64,000 bases of DNA from sequence record ON528739. One strand, 5' to 3'. A program made the position numbers and the translations under genes. Positions 63,681 to 64,000 of this stretch are shown piece after piece (the stretch's first letter is position 1; every line of letters begins with the position of its first letter). Source of the stretch: Shigella phage ESh29. A model generated the notes under the pieces. It was given only the letters and a program-made list of their open reading frames with translations, made no database searches and was not told where the DNA came from.

Positions 63681-63922
63681 TTAAATTTAATGGCTTGAAG
63701 AAGACTAATAACTCTCAAGCGGCTTCTTTCATCTTTAACTGTAAAGGAAAGAGGGTCACCAGATTTCATAGTGATAGTGCATTCAAAATCAAAATCTTCG
63801 GGAACTTCTTCGAATAGATTAAATTCTTCATCATATATTAGAACATTACTCTGAAAACTGTGAAGAATTTTTCCGTCATTTCCAGATGCTGTACTAATCA
63901 TTGTAACGTTATTACCTTTCAT
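63677..63922 (-). CDS. Hypothetical protein, 81 aa
   Basis: ORF coupled to the lipoprotein gene. Confidence 0.4.
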   Translation of the reverse strand: MKGNNVTMISTASGNDGKILHSFQSNVLIYDEEFNLFEEVPEDFDFECTITMKSGDPLSFTVKDERSRLRVISLLQAIKFK

Positions 63923-64000
63923 ATCTTCAACGATAAATTCGCTTGTAGATATTACATTACTAATAGAACCATTCCTATAAATAGCAGAAAATAGATATTT

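Overview
This window is a contiguous segment of a T-even (T4-like) myophage genome, collinear with the T4 map from hoc/inh/uvsW to rIIB/rIIA/39. All protein calls rest on my reading of the supplied six-frame translations, on recognisable motifs and on T4 gene order; no database search was run. The + strand carries the late structural genes (uvsW, baseplate hub genes 51-27-28-29-48-54, long tail fibre genes 34-35-36-37-38, holin t). The - strand carries early and middle genes (alt, DNA ligase 30, rIII, 31, cd, pseT, spanins, alc, rnlA, denA, nrdB-mobE-nrdA, td, frd, 32, 59, 33, dsbA, rnh, asiA, arn, motA, 52, stp, ndd, denB, rIIB, rIIA, 39). The phage looks T2/T6-like rather than T4 itself: gene 38 encodes a glycine-rich adhesin, gene 39 is a single 606-aa ORF, td and nrdB are uninterrupted, and no ORF lies between inh and uvsW. 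I found no tRNA, rRNA, CRISPR array or transposon. I did not find a clearly novel multi-gene system. The most interesting points are two tandem full-length Alt ADP-ribosyltransferase paralogs, a family of repeated early-promoter cassettes with an 18-nt spacer, an unexplained ~245-bp non-coding stretch next to a small basic protein gene, and clusters of tiny hydrophobic ORFs among the host-takeover genes.
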